DNA from: Antedon mediterranea
Lineage: Eukaryota > Animalia > Echinodermata
Assembly (NCBI RefSeq): GCF_964355755.1
Contig: NC_092670.1
Location: 23,794,795 to 23,858,794 of the forward strand
Direction of reading: 5' to 3'
Length of the DNA stretch: 64,000 nucleotides
Shown one piece after another: positions 12,680-26,104 of the stretch. Every line of letters starts with the position of its first letter. The first letter of the stretch is position 1. Position numbers and translations under genes: made by a program. The notes beneath the pieces were generated by a model. The model was not told the DNA's origin, ran no database searches, and was given only the letters and a program-made list of their open reading frames with translations.

Positions 12680-14150
12680 TAATTAAAGATCGCTTTGCCT
12701 AAACACCTCCAATTAGGGACCATTATATTATTTGGTATGTGAAAATACAAGAAGAATAAATAATTGTTAAGTAATTGACAAAAACAAGTAAATGAAGTGG
12801 TCCTCTTCCAATTAAAAATCACTTTACCTAAAACACCTCCAATTAGCGACCATTATATTATTTAGTATTAATAAAGCAAGAAGAATATATAGTTATTAAT
12901 TATGTGACAAAAAACAAGTAATTGTACTGGACCTCTTTCAATAAAGGACCACTTTACTTAAAACACCTCCAATTAGCGACCATTTTATTAATTGGTATGA
13001 GTAAAGACAATAATAATTAATAGTTTTAATTATGTGACAAAATTAAGTAACTGTACTGACTGGTCCGCTTCCAATTAAAGATCACTTTACTTTAAGACAC
13101 CTCTAATTAGTGACCATTTTTATTAATTGGTATGAGTAAAGGCAAGAATAATTAATAGTTTAATTATGTGACAAAATTAAGTAAATGTACTGGTCCGCTT
13201 CCAATTAAAGGTCACTTTACTTTAAGACACCTCTAATTAGCGACCATTTTATTAATTGGTAGGAGTAAATACAAGAAGAATACATAGTTTTAATTATGAT
13301 AGTGACAAAATTAAGTAACTGTACTATAGTCCTCTTCCAGTTATAGATCACTTTATTTAAAGAAACCTCCAATTAGTGACCATTATATTATTTAGTATGA
13401 ATAAAGACAAAAAGAATACATAGTTTTAATTTTGTGACAAAAACAAGTAATATTGTACTGGTCCTCTTCCATTAAAAACCACTTTACTTATAGACACCTC
13501 CAATTAGCGACCATTTTATTAATTGGTATGAGTAAAGACAATAATAATTAATAGTTTTAATTATGTGACAAAATTAAGTAACTGTACTGGTCCGCTTCCA
13601 ATTAAAGATCACTTTACTTTAAGACACCTCTAATTAGTGACCATTTTTATTAATTGGTATGAGTAAAGGCAAGAATAATTAATAGTTTAATTATGTGACA
13701 AAATTAAGTAAATGTACTGGTCCTCTTCCAATTAAAGATCACTTCAGTTTAAGACACTTCCAATTAGCGACCGTTATATTATTTTGTATGAATAAAGACA
13801 AGAAGAAGAAATAGTTTATAATCATGTGATAAAAAACAAGTAATTGTACTGGTCCTCTTCCAATTAAAGATCACTTCAATTTAAACACTTCCATTTAGCG
13901 ACCGTTTTATTATTTTGTATGAGTACAGACAAGAGGAACAAATAGTTTATAATCATGTGATAAAAAACAAGTAATTGTACTGGTCCTCTTCCAATTAAAG
14001 ATCACTTTACTTTAAGACACTTCCAATTAGCGACCGTTTTATTATTTTGTACGAGCACAGACAAGAGGAATAAATAGTTTATAATCATGTGATAAAAAAC
14101 AAGTAATTGTACTGGTCCTCTTCCAATTAAAGATCACTTTACTGTAAGAC
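12680..14150. repeat. ~131-bp tandem satellite, ~11 copies, inside the Ginger1-like element
   Basis: The motif CCAATTAAAGATCACTTTAC...ACACCTCCAATTAGCGACC recurs about every 130 bp from ~12681 to ~14124. Confidence 0.92.
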
Positions 14151-14169
14151 AGACACGACTAAAAGGTGA

Positions 14170-14237
14170 AATAATAATAACAAATAATAATAACAGGATT
14201 TTTAAAGCGCACATACCACAGGGTGCTCAAGGCGCAT
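14170..14237 (-). mobile_element. L2/CR1-type LINE or SINE 3' tail remnant
   Basis: Minus strand GCGCCTTGAGCACC...GTGCGCTTTAAAAAT...(ATT)n resembles the L2 3' stem-loop plus short-repeat tail. Confidence 0.45.
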
Positions 14238-15827
14238 TAAAAAAAAAAAAAAAAAAAACAAATCATACAACTCTCCCGGTCCCGAGAGCCGCTGTTTTGA
14301 GGTTGACCTGACAATTGTGGCAATTACCAATTGGGACATTACCCTTGCTTGACATCTGGTAAAAATAAATACTGATTATGCTGCCACTTTAGTACACAAA
14401 ACGATAAATAAAAAAAAATAATACAACTTGTAGCATTCCATTTAAACTAATACAGTAGGCCTTGTTCAAAACTGCTAGTGTAGAAAAGTCAAATCCACCC
14501 ATATAATAAAACCTAGAACTAGCTAATGATGTAGAAACACCAACAGCTTATTTATTAAATAAAAATCAACATTATACTAATGTACAACTCAACAGGTAAT
14601 GTAGTAACGAAAATTGCCTCACAGCTAAAACAGCTAATAAAATATTATATATTTTACAAACCTAAATGTCTAAATCATGTGCAAATGTATTTCTCTACTT
14701 GCCGTCAGTCTATCGACCTCTCGTAAGTGATCGGCTTTCAAAACTTAGCACTCTGATCGTAAGCAACCACCCTTGTTAGCGACCACCTTTAATATTTAAA
14801 AGGGACTACCTCTGTTAAAGGACCGCTTCTCACAATGGACAACCTCCTGAAGGGGTAACCACCTCTCATAACGGACTGCTTTCATAAACTACCACCGCTC
14901 GTAGACGACCACTTCTTTTACCGACTACACCTCCCGTAAGTGACCACCTCAATAGAGGTGGTAATTTGCGAAAGCTGGTCGTTACGGAATTATGAGAAGT
15001 GGTCCCTTAGGAGAGGTGGACGTTTTTTTTAGAGATTATTCGAAAAAAACAAAAAACCGAAATACCCCTGAGTGAACGAATAATTATGATGCGCAATTAA
15101 GGTGTTTATTTTGCCATATAAAATATAAAAAAATAAATATTTTTTGGTAATATGCATCAACAATATTTTTCAAATGTATTTTAGATAAATAAATAAATAA
15201 TGTAAAATCTCTAGAAACAAAAAAAATATTGTGACTAACCAATTCAATGTTTTATTAAATAAAACCAAAAATCAGGCATCTGTGAAAAAAAATATAATGA
15301 AAAAGAACTCACTTTAACAATGACGAACGTACTTGTTTAAAGCACTTTTGTTATCAGTTAATATTATTAAATTAGTAAAAGTATTATGAATATTACAAAA
15401 TAATATTTTGAGAACTGAAAAATATTTTGAGGGAACAAATATATTCAGGGAGAACAAAATAAGATTTCAAGAACTGAACAATATAAAAAACGAATTACTA
15501 CTTCGAGACAAGGAATGATCGAGAGAACGAAATAATTTCGAGGGAAATTATTTCGAATTCCAATGAAATAATATTTCGAGAGAACGAAAATAGGTAGGCC
15601 CTATGCCTATATGATTTAGTGATATTCATTCCCTAGAAATAATAATACAGTACCGGTAGGCTATATATTTTTTCAAGTTGTCGATTTACTTCAAATTGAC
15701 AACAGGTTGTATATACTCAATCAAAAACAAACAATTTAATTTGATTAGACTATATGTCTCCAGATATAATAATAGTAATATTTATTTCAATCGACTTGAT
15801 ATTTTGCGATTCAAGTTGGTATTCTAA

Positions 15828-16620
15828 GGGCCTGTTTCTATAGAGCAGAGAATACGGTTTTGACACCACAAAAAAGAACCGATCTTAAAAACGGTTTCAA
15901 AAACCCCAATTGATTGCGGTCTCGATCGCAAAGAACCGTTCTGAAACCGGTTTCCGCGAAGCAATTTTTAGCTGCAACACAATCGCGGTCTCAATTTGAC
16001 CCCAAAAACTGAACTCTGCAGTCTGCTGCACTGGGATGATTGCGGTCAACTCACAGTCAAACTCGCGCGATAGGACCTAGGCCTAAGTCATTTTTATTTC
16101 TCTAGATAGTGAGTATTTTATTTAACTAAAAAATGTTGACCGATGCCATTACGAGGTTCGTAAAAAATATGTGAAGGAAAGAAGATGAGGGGACTTGTCG
16201 GGAGTCGGAAGAAAGACTCACGTATTATAGGCCTACATGTTTTTAAGAAAATTGTAAAGCGTGTGAAAAATAGACGAGTTCAACTTGACAATATCAGAGG
16301 GTGCGACGTACCTATACTTTAACCAAGGACCACAATAACGTTTCAGGTAATAATTCTCCCTTCTATGATGAAATGGATGCTATTTCTTGGGGATCGCGCT
16401 ATGCGAAAAAAAGTAAACATGACCTCGATCAAATCGCGCTTCCGCCTAATGAACTGCATTGTGGTGTATATAATGACGTCATTCATAACGAACGCACATG
16501 GACGGAACCGGTTTTATTGGAGTAAAAATTGAGCTGCAACGCGATCTTTATTTATAAACAACAGCCGAAACCGGTTTCCAAAAAACCGTTCTTTTTTTAT
16601 TTTTCAATAGAAACAGGCCC
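15828..16620 (+). mobile_element. PIF/Harbinger deletion derivative retaining a Myb/SANT-like gene fragment
   Basis: TIRs GGGCCTGTTTCTAT / ATAGAAACAGGCCC with TAA on both flanks. Internal peptide RRTYTLTKDHNNVSGNNSPFYDEMDAI (16304-16385) matches the Harbinger Myb/SANT-like C-terminal motif (KDHNNxSG...PFYDExDxI). Confidence 0.85.
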
Positions 16621-17555
16621 TAAGGAATTATAATTACCCTAACGGGAGTTGGTGACCGTCCAGTGCCCTAGTTTTTATGGGGTTAATATGATGTCGATGT
16701 TGATGGTCCTACTTTTTTATCGATGAAAGCTGCCCGGGTGGTTGCAGCCATTTTCAACAGCTGGTATTACACTATTCAATGCTGAAAATTGTCCAGTGGA
16801 CACTTTCAAACACCGGACACATTTAAATCTTACACCGGCCGTCGTTGACGTGATATGATGAGCGAATATAAGGGGAAGTCCCTATTCTTCGACGTAGAAA
16901 ATGAACTTCGAGAAGAAAATGTAAACAGAAACATGTGGACGAATACTTCCGTAAACGAGGCTGTTCTGTTATTTAAAAAGGGGAATTTTAAATTTAACAA
17001 AGTAATTACCTCAATAGTATAATGTTAACATGTTTAATTTTATTTCCCTTTCGATTATTCTAACCGAAAGTTGCGCTTTAAATTGAATAGCTAAGAAACA
17101 GCGTATACTGCAACGGCAACCATGGCCAAAGCGCGTTTCGGCCGCCTGCATAGAATGGGTTACGGCCGCTGCATAGCAAATTCAAAGCTTCTTAAATTTC
17201 TGCGGTACATTTCTTGTTTTATAGATAGATAGATAGATTGATAAATATTCCAATTATTAAATAATTTAATAAATCGGTAAAATTGACGTTTCGAAGCAAA
17301 TATTCCATGATGAGAGGCGACATTTTTCGACATGCCTCGTGTGCGGCGAAGACTAGTTCAGAAAATGGAACAGTCCACTGCGGGGGTTATCCAATCATTA
17401 ATTAACGCGCTAATACATGCATACCATGCAAATTGCCTGGGCGACGGTAATTTAGTAATAAGCGGAGAACTGAATCCCCCGTAAGGAAAATGGTAAACAC
17501 TGATATTTATGGTAGGGATTATTTTTTTCAGGGGTTGGTCTTGTTGGCCTCTTCG

Positions 17556-17807
17556 CACGAGGTCCACGCAAAGTCAAATAAAACGATGTGTTTTATCAAA
17601 CAGAAATATAAATTAGCTTCAATTCTATACTAAATTAGCCAGATTTTGATAATGAGAAAGACTCAAAAATCAATTTTTATCGTTAAAATTGACATTTGAG
17701 GCGGATGTACATAATAATAATAACCGATTTACATATCAAAATAAAGAGTATTTAAAGCCTGATAACATGCAACAAAAATTACTCCACCACCTATTATGGA
17801 CCTCGTG
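17556..17807. mobile_element. Small MITE with CAC termini (possibly CACTA/EnSpm-type)
   Basis: CACGAGGTCCA / TGGACCTCGTG inverted repeats with CG on both flanks; the inverted match extends to 14 bp. Confidence 0.5.
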
Positions 17808-19239
17808 CGATCGGGTGCGAAAATGGGTAGGTGTTTTCCAAAGTTATTTTTAGCGCGTGGATTTCGGCTCGCCGGCTTTTGTACCTCATTTTTAACTCAC
17901 GTTTTCTATTAAAATATTTAATAAACATAGATTATAAATATATAAAAATAATCCCTTAAACAAGATCTTTCCAGGCATATAATTTTTTTTCTCATGGGTA
18001 CATAAGAAATAGTATATTTTTAACTTCAAAGACACGTCACTTTTTGAAATTTCACGAACGTGTTAAAATCCCGGTAACGAAAATCAGGTTCATTGGGATA
18101 CCTAATAATAATATAAATGTAAAAGAAATAAAATATAAAAAAAATACATGCATTATTTCTTTAATAAACATTTTTTCGAATTTTTATGGTTTTTTAAATT
18201 TGGCTAAAGGATTTTCAATTTGGCTAATGTTTTTCAAAACCTTTCGCCATTTTGGCGAACGAAAATTTGACCTTAGCGCGAGCGTAGAAAAGCATTTGCT
18301 AAAATTGTTTACCAAAATTTCATTCAACGTACATTAATTTAAATTGATTTTTACTGATCAGATTGTTAAATAATTCATAGAAATTATTTTATTTTAGTCA
18401 GAAAAACTAATCAATGGAAAATTTAAATTGATGCTAATGTGGATAGAATCTTGAGCGGATTACTATCATGATACAAGATACAACTCTTCTTAGTTTTAAT
18501 TATAATTCATTCTTCTGTAATCGGGTCCATAGGGAGAAACGTGCACTATGCATAAAGATAATGAAGCTGTCGCGGACGATAAAAACCGAGTATAATGACG
18601 GAGATGATAGCCATGAGCTAAACTTATAAATGTTAACATGAACATTTATAACCATCAATGTCCAAAAAAAAAAATGTGAACATCTAATATTTTGCAAATG
18701 ATATACAGTAATACTCTTTAAAACCGGATGCTCTAAAAACCATGAATTTAAGATAAACCAGGCTTTTTAAAACAAATCATGCATAATATAAATTAATGTA
18801 TATTTCTACTGCTGTAGATTCATTTACTCCCCACTCACGTTTAAAATATATTTATAACTATGGACCTCATTGCATTATCATATATGGTTATTTGGAAGGA
18901 TACCATACTTTAAATGTATAATTTAGTTATAATGCAAGATCATTAATAAAATGTAGAATACTCCGGTTCTAACAGGCAGATAAAGACTACTCATCATTGA
19001 AGGAACAATGCATTAAGCAGGTCTCCTGCAGGGCTTTCCATAACAACTTTCCATCACTCTTTTTCTTCGGCTCTTCTCTTCATATGTCACATCTTCTTCC
19101 ATTCTCGATGTCATCCACAACCCATAATTCTTTTTTCTTGCTTCATGGACTTTTTCTTTCCAGTTAAAAAGTTCATAATGAAATAATAAAACAATCAAAA
19201 GTGATGCTTGTTTGGTTTGTTAAACATGAAATAACTTAC

Positions 19240-19380
19240 CTTTCCAAAGCTTCCTTTGCCTAAAACGGTTAAGAAGTTAAAATCACTTGCTCTGATAACA
19301 TCAGAAACTTTGTTAGTTATTTGATCTCCTGAAAGTGGCTCTCGCTCCTTCTCATCTGATTTTTCACTTAGATGCTGCCT
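19240..19380 (-). CDS. PKC: Conventional PKC exon (hinge and kinase Gly-rich loop)
   Basis: Acceptor ttcttcttgcaacAG, donor AAG|GTAAGT, 141 nt, phase 0-0. Translates RQHLSEKSDEKEREPLSGDQITNKVSDVIRASDFNFLTVLGKGSFGK. Confidence 0.96.
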
Positions 19381-21725
19381 CTGTTGCAAGAAGAAAAAAA
19401 GCATTTAAGATAAAAATAGTTTTTCTAATTTGAATAAAAACACACATTCTCCATCTTAAAAGTGCCTTTCTGAACTGCAGTTGAGAGCTCATAGTCTATG
19501 CAAACCCACATAGGGCAATCTGTGTGGAATTTGAGCAATCTATGTGGAATTTTGGCAACTAGTAAGACACAAATTCTTTTATTAGGGGATTTAAAAAAAA
19601 AATTTAAAATACATCTCACACATGCTTCTAAGAAATTTAAAACAAATTACACAGTATCTTGGTTTAAAATTACCAATAAATTGACCTGTCTCTTTACAAG
19701 AACATAGCATGTAATTAATGATAGCTCAGCTCAACCAGAAGTAAACGATTGTTCAAATAAACCGGAAATTCAGTAATGTATTAACCGATATATTCCATCA
19801 TGAAGTGTGACAGCTTAACACTTTGAATACTCATTAATTCTATCTGCATGATAGAATTAGCTATAATGCCATGTTCTCCTAACATTTGTTAGTGTTCAAC
19901 TTTATATCATGAGAAGGCGGATGACAAAAGGACACATATAACCCCAATTGGGATATCATTTGTCATTTTCTTTAAATAACACAAAAAGAAACAATGACAA
20001 ATATTATGTGAATATTGTGGGCAGCAATATTTGTATGGTAAATTGGTAATTTTTAATATACCAGGCATTAAAATTGTAGGATGCAAATTAATGTTTAAGG
20101 CAACTAGCACAACTAAAAACGATACAAGTAGTAATATTTCTTTGTTCAAACAGGTTGTTCATCACTAACTTACAAAAGTAATTATTTTCTAAATAAGAGA
20201 TAAAGTAGAATTTACTACTATTAAAAAAACCTTTGTAAGGTATTTGTATGGGAAATTCCCTTACAGTAACGGTATTGTACTATACAATAGATTGTCATAA
20301 TTTATTTTTGAACAATTATGGTTACAACCAAACCCAAAGGTGGTATGAATGCATTACAATGCGATTACTGAATGATCTCTGTGTTTAGAAAGCAAATGGA
20401 AAAGGTTACATAAGAGCAAGCCAAAAATAGAATACAGTTATTGTGCTTGCATGTCAATTCATCAGATGGGTAAAAAGGAGATTTAGAAGCATGAAAGCCT
20501 AGAAATAAGTTACATTTTTATCTAGCAAACCCTTGTCGGTTTCTAAAAATCTGAAAAATGGAGCAGACAACTTAATACTATAGTAATTGCCAATAGCAAG
20601 TTTGTTTACAGAAATTGGCAAAAACAGTTTGCAGACAAAAACATAACTAATATATTTACAAAAATTGTAAGTTAGCAAACATTAGATAGCCTAATACTGT
20701 AGCAACCATGAGTTGATCTGGGCCTTTGTGGTTAAATAAAGCTGAATTGAAAAATCTACTATCCGCAAATTGCTAGTTTGATACAGTAAATTTTGAGCCC
20801 TGAGATGTAAAATTACCTCATCGAAATGTATTTTTAATTTAAAATATATTAAATTTCGTATATACATATTGCTTGATGAAACAAAGTGATTTTAGTTTAA
20901 AACAGTATTTGATTCTTGGATCTAATTTCTCATCTTTGACCTATCCCCTTCAAAAAATCATACAGGTACTGTATATCTGTTTTCTGTACGTTTGATTCAA
21001 TACAGAAAACAGCAAAACTATTTGCTCCATTATACAATTAAATTACATGTTTACAAAATTACATTTAGTTTTCTTATGGCAATGGCAAAATGCCTTTTTA
21101 ATTCTCTTACAGCTTTAGTCATTTTACGACTGGAACATATTATCCAGTAAAATGTTCCAGTTGACATTTAAGTCACATGAAACATTGCTATATCTAAATA
21201 CAGGATTGTAAAACTTTTCAATAAAATCTTTTATTTTGTATTATTTGATTGGTTTTCATTTATTTCCTATTCTATGAACATTTGTAAGCTTACTTGAAAT
21301 ATTTTAGAAAAACCTTAATAACATTAAAAACATTGGAAGGAAAATGTCCAATTCTAAAAAAACTAATTCAATGATTGAGATTAAATAATACATATTTAAC
21401 TTAAAGTCAATAAAAATTTAAGAATTTTACTGAAGTAGTATTCACTTTTAGAGAGAATTTCTTAAATGTAACATTTTTCGTGATAGTATGATTGGTGAAA
21501 ATCAAACAAAAGTTTATAAAAATTGTTATGTTGGAGACTAAAAAATTAATCCTAATTCAAACTGTAAATAGTTTGGCAAACATCTTAATGGAAAATCTTA
21601 AGTTTTTTAGAGAATTTACTTTAGTTTTAAAATGCATTAACTTTGGGACACATATTAGAAGGGTTGACAGGGAGTTCAGTTTTTGGAAATTATTTATATT
21701 ATGTAATATATATATATATATATAT

Positions 21726-22092
21726 GCACTGATGAAGGGCTAGTGTTGCCCGAACGCTCTGCTAACTTTTCTTTATCATTTTGATTTAGCTTTTCGCTTT
21801 TTTTTGTATCTCCATTGAGATCCAGCCACTGATACCCGCAGCATTGTCATTTTTTTCATTTATTTGCCTTTGTATTTATTATGTAAATGTATATATAATC
21901 AATATAGTAGTAGTAGTTTCTGTGTATATAGAATACATTAACAAAGGCTAATGACTTAAAAAAATTACAATGCTATGGTTATCAGTGGATGGATCTAAAA
22001 AAATTAAACAAAAATCTAAATAAACACAATAAAGTAAAACAGCTAGAAAAAATTCCAGAGCTTTTGGGCAACACTAGCCCTTGTTCATTGCA
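21726..22092. mobile_element. Inverted pair of Penelope-like terminal-repeat remnants with degenerate hammerhead motifs
   Basis: + strand GCA-CTGATGA-AGGGC-tagtgtt-GCCC-GAAC-GCTC-TGC at 21726-21762, right after (TA)n. Reverse-complement copy at 22056-22092. Downstream AGATCCAGCCACTGATACCCGCAGCATTGT is mirrored at ~21966-21997. Confidence 0.65.
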
Positions 22093-22417
22093 AGTGAGAG
22101 TAATTTAGACAAGAATATTAATTAATACTTAATCAATGGATACAAACAAATTGCATTGACAAGATGCCAAGTAATTAGAAACTAAATCTAATCACAAAGC
22201 CGCAAACTATCATTTGAAATTAATAACTAGAAGAGTAATAAACGCTCTAATAACCTCAAGAATTAATGATTGCATTGACAACTAGGTTTCTTTTATATAC
22301 AACGTTGAATACAAAACTAGAAGTTACAATTGCAAGTTAAATGCTGCGAGCAAAATGATATTCTATTCTTAATTCACTTTTGTGTCAGGACAATATACAG
22401 TAGTTTTATATATAGAT

Positions 22418-22675
22418 CTGAAGTCTTCTCAGATAAGGACTATAAACCAGTGTACATAAAATTCATATGTGCACTTAAAAGAACCTAGTATATCTTTTGA
22501 GATGAGTAGGGGTTGACCCAGTGTTCTAGCTCACACCGCCACTGTTGTGGACAGACAAGATAACTGGCAGCACTAACATGACCCTTAGGGGATAAGCAGA
22601 TAGTAGCTGAAAAGTGTAACAACTAAGTCCACAGTACATTAAGACGAAATTCTTTGTGGATTGCGATATAAAAAT
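22418..22675 (+). mobile_element. Deu/Nin-domain SINE remnant
   Basis: GTCTTCTCAGATAAGGACTATAAACC...GCACTTAAAAGAACC...GAGTAGGGGTTGACCCAGTG follows the order of the conserved Deu/Nin SINE core blocks, recognised from memory. Confidence 0.55.
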
Positions 22676-25324
22676 ACAACATTATTACACTATATCTAGA
22701 TGGTAACCAGCAGAGTTAACAGGTGATTGGTTGAAGTTCATACCACACACTTGTAAGAAATTAATTCTCTTCTATTGGGCTATAATATTTCATTTTCATA
22801 AACTCAGTAGGCCTATTTATTTTCAAAAAACCCGCCAAAACATGTTTATGCGTGTATTCTAAGGGAGAGGTAACACATTAACGCAGCAACTTAAGATGTT
22901 TACCAAGTTGTAGGAGCTTAAAACATAGAATATATGTCAATGTGGGGGCGATAAAATGGATAAAATATTTAAAAATATTTGATATTCTTGCATCTAGCAG
23001 CACCAATATACAAAATTGCTGATGTAATTAAGTAATTTAATATGTAAACAACATGTGGATACAAAACAGATTTTCCTAGAATTTCACATAATAATCATAT
23101 GTAAATTAGTACAATGACGATAAAGCCATATGATGTTGACAATAACAAAATTGCTAAATAAAGAGAATGAAATCAACAACATGATGTTCTTAAATAAGTT
23201 TAAACAAATACATTTGATAGAGTAATTTTTAATTAACAGATATTAGATGAAAACATGATGAAGAGGAAACTGTTGATGATAACATGGAGGAAATCAATGA
23301 TAAAGATAGACATTTTACACTGACCTAAATTCAAAACCAAATCTATCACATTCTATGTTGAAGAAGGTTTTAATGTGTGCCACTTTAGATGTTGGTCTAT
23401 TAGCAAAGGCAGCGTGAACTTAACATTCTCTGTTGTCTAAATACTAAAATGCCACTACCAATTACTACCTAATGGGTAATGGAAAATCAATATAAAGGTA
23501 TAATGTTTTCTAAAAACCAAATAACCATTTCTCATATGATCTGCTGCCCTCTATTTAAACCTGTTATTCACAAAACCACATACTGGTCTGTTTTGAGGAG
23601 CTCTACTATTCAGACTCTTCACTGTTTCTATAAGAGTAGATTTCAATCAATTTTTCTTCCTTAATGTTTGTGTGCATTATGACTATGAGTAGAAGTAATA
23701 CTGATAATTATAAACAGCACATGGAAAGTAATTTGAAAGAATCATAAATCAAATTGTATCTAATCACCTAATTACATCATCCACAAATATAATTAGATTT
23801 TTGGATGTCAATATATACAAAGGATTAATTGTGTAGGAGTTTAGAAAAATGATGGTGTGGTCACATACAAAGTTATGTAAATTACTCTTATGTGTTAAAG
23901 AATCTAAAAAACAGCAATTACATAACAATTTTGAACAATTTCAATTTGTTTGTTTTTTAAAAGATGAATTATTAAATTTTTTTTTTTAATGGAACTTGGG
24001 AAATAGTTTGTATTGTTATAAGATAGGAATATCTTAAATTGATTTTCAAATACAGTAGAACCCTTCAGGACCGCAGAAATTGTCCCCTAAATCAGGGTGT
24101 GCTGTGAATAGGGTTGGTTGTAGTGTTTAAACATATATTTCTCCTCATCCATTTCATGATATAGTGTCCTCTGGAGAGGAATAATATCAAATGAGACATT
24201 TGTTGTAATACATTATTTGATTTTTCCATATTAATATTATACCTTTTTTCTTGCACTATTTCCCATTTGATAAAATAAATGCCATCAGTTCCTCTCTTTA
24301 ACATTACAGAAAGTCCTGTAGTCAGAATTAATAACCAATAGAAGTTTTAAGCCCGGAGTTACCCTTTAAACTATAGGTTAAATGATGTTGTCTCTATTCA
24401 GAATTGGTTTTTAGATACATGGTAAACCCAGGTGTAGCAAAGGTGTAGGTTCAAATTTTTGATGATGGCTTTAATTGCTAGTTGTTATATGGTTCGTAGT
24501 GCTATGCAACAAACCTAATTTGAATATATATTAGGTCTCTCAGTTAGAATTTTAAAGAATGCAGAACATCTGAATATCAGAAAGCTTGTCTGTGTTTTGT
24601 GTTATTGTTAGTGCTTGAGATGTTGGAGCCTATGCTATTGACCCCTAAGAAGTCCCCTCATACTGTATAACTCATTGAGATGACAAAATTCATGATATAA
24701 GGGATCATAAATTGCAACTGCAATGTATGATTATATTTTGTTGCAAATGTAGAAATTTATGAGGCACTCACTGCAAACACTGTAAACAAAATGTAGTTAC
24801 CCTAATTTCAAAAAAATTTTGACATGGCCTCTTGAACAAAAAATATTTTTTTATCTACCATCTAAAAATGTGTTTTCACCCTAAATTATGTTTGGTCGAA
24901 ATGATTTTGTAGTTGACTATTTAAAAATGCTGTAAAAACCTATGGGCCACATAAATAAATACATATTCAATATTACAGTAAGGAGCTTTTGATATGCAAT
25001 GACTGACAACTTGGACTACAGATAGAGGTGTCGTTAATCGTCATCTGGACACAGAAACTTCTTAATCCATGTCGAGAAATACAGCTAGGAAGCATACAGT
25101 ACCTCAACCTTCCTGCATGAATTGACATCACCTAAATTATTGTTCATAGGTTGTCAGAGGTTGCAAATCCGAAGCTCTTTATAACAGAACAGCTAAAACA
25201 ATGTTGTACCAGCTAAAATTATTAGGTCAAACATAAATTTTTATTCATCACTTTATTCATCAAAGCTTTTATGAACACTAACTGAAATAATACTATATAC
25301 AACATTCATTTGAATTTATTTAAT

Positions 25325-25573
25325 GGTTGATAATTTTATATTTAGATGTATATAATTCTATATTTAGATGATTATATTTCTATATTTAGATGTTGATAAT
25401 TCTATATTTAGATGTATATAATTCTATATTTAGATGATTATAATTCTATATTTAGATGTAAATAATTCTATATTTAGATGATTATATTTCTATATTTAGA
25501 TGTTGATAATTCTATATTATTTAGATGTTTATAATTCTATATTTAGATGTTGATAAATTATATATTTAGATGA
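25325..25573. repeat. 20-22-bp minisatellite (TATAATTCTATATTTAGATG...)
   Basis: About 11 direct copies visible. Confidence 0.9.
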
Positions 25574-26104
25574 TATGCATAAATAAATTTAAATATGATA
25601 GAAGATGATTAAAAATGATATATCTTAATATTATGTCAAAGAAGATTAAAATTATGTCTAAATAAAATCGAAATCTAGCAGTCATTTTTTATGAGTACTG
25701 TGATTACAAGAATGCTGATTTGTTTTTTGCAGAGACAATCTATTTTTTTTTAATTGAAAGTTGATTATCCATAATGCGATAACTTATTGTTATTTAGTGA
25801 GTCACGTTTTTACAACTCGGTAGCGACACTGTGTTTTTCAAATTTTAAATAAATCTGTCAAAAGCAGTTTCTAATATATTAGACAATGTTGAGAGATATG
25901 TTAACGGGATGTTCTTATCTAGAAAAGCTACTGTTTGCCATGTTACTATCAAATGAGAGATGAGGGTCAACGATCATAAAATAAACCATAATTTTGATGA
26001 TGCTTGTTTTGTCAAAGAAGCCATTACAATGTTTCAAGCATGTTTTAAGCATTGTCTAAGTTGAGATGGCAGGGGTATGTGGTTGGTACCATCATTTTGA
26101 TATT

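Larger units (their letters stand above)
12397..16834. mobile_element. Ginger1-like non-autonomous DNA transposon
   Basis: TGTAAGATT...AATCTTACA termini, ~67-bp imperfect TIRs, CCGG on both flanks (12393-12396, 16835-16838). TGT ends with a CCGG 4-bp TSD are characteristic of Ginger1. No integrase ORF seen. Confidence 0.75.
12084..18287. mobile_element. Non-autonomous TIR DNA transposon (outer shell of a nest), superfamily unassigned
   Basis: Perfect 15-bp TIRs CTACGCTCGCGCTAA (12084-12098) / TTAGCGCGAGCGTAG (18273-18287). AAAAG flanks both sides (5-bp TSD). Subterminal TTCGCCA...TGGCGAA motifs at both ends. Confidence 0.8.

Noticed and set aside
19013-19198. 61-aa minus ORF just downstream of the kinase exon
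   Set aside because: Not the expected next PKC exon (VMLAE...LYAIK). It looks more like a decayed RTE-LINE 3' end, too weak to list as a feature.
23325-23436. Possible extra minus-strand PKC exon (tatttAG...AG|GTCAGT, 112 nt) in the hinge intron
   Set aside because: Stops in all three frames, no PKC similarity, and the flanking exons already join in phase 0. A poison exon cannot be excluded without RNA-seq.
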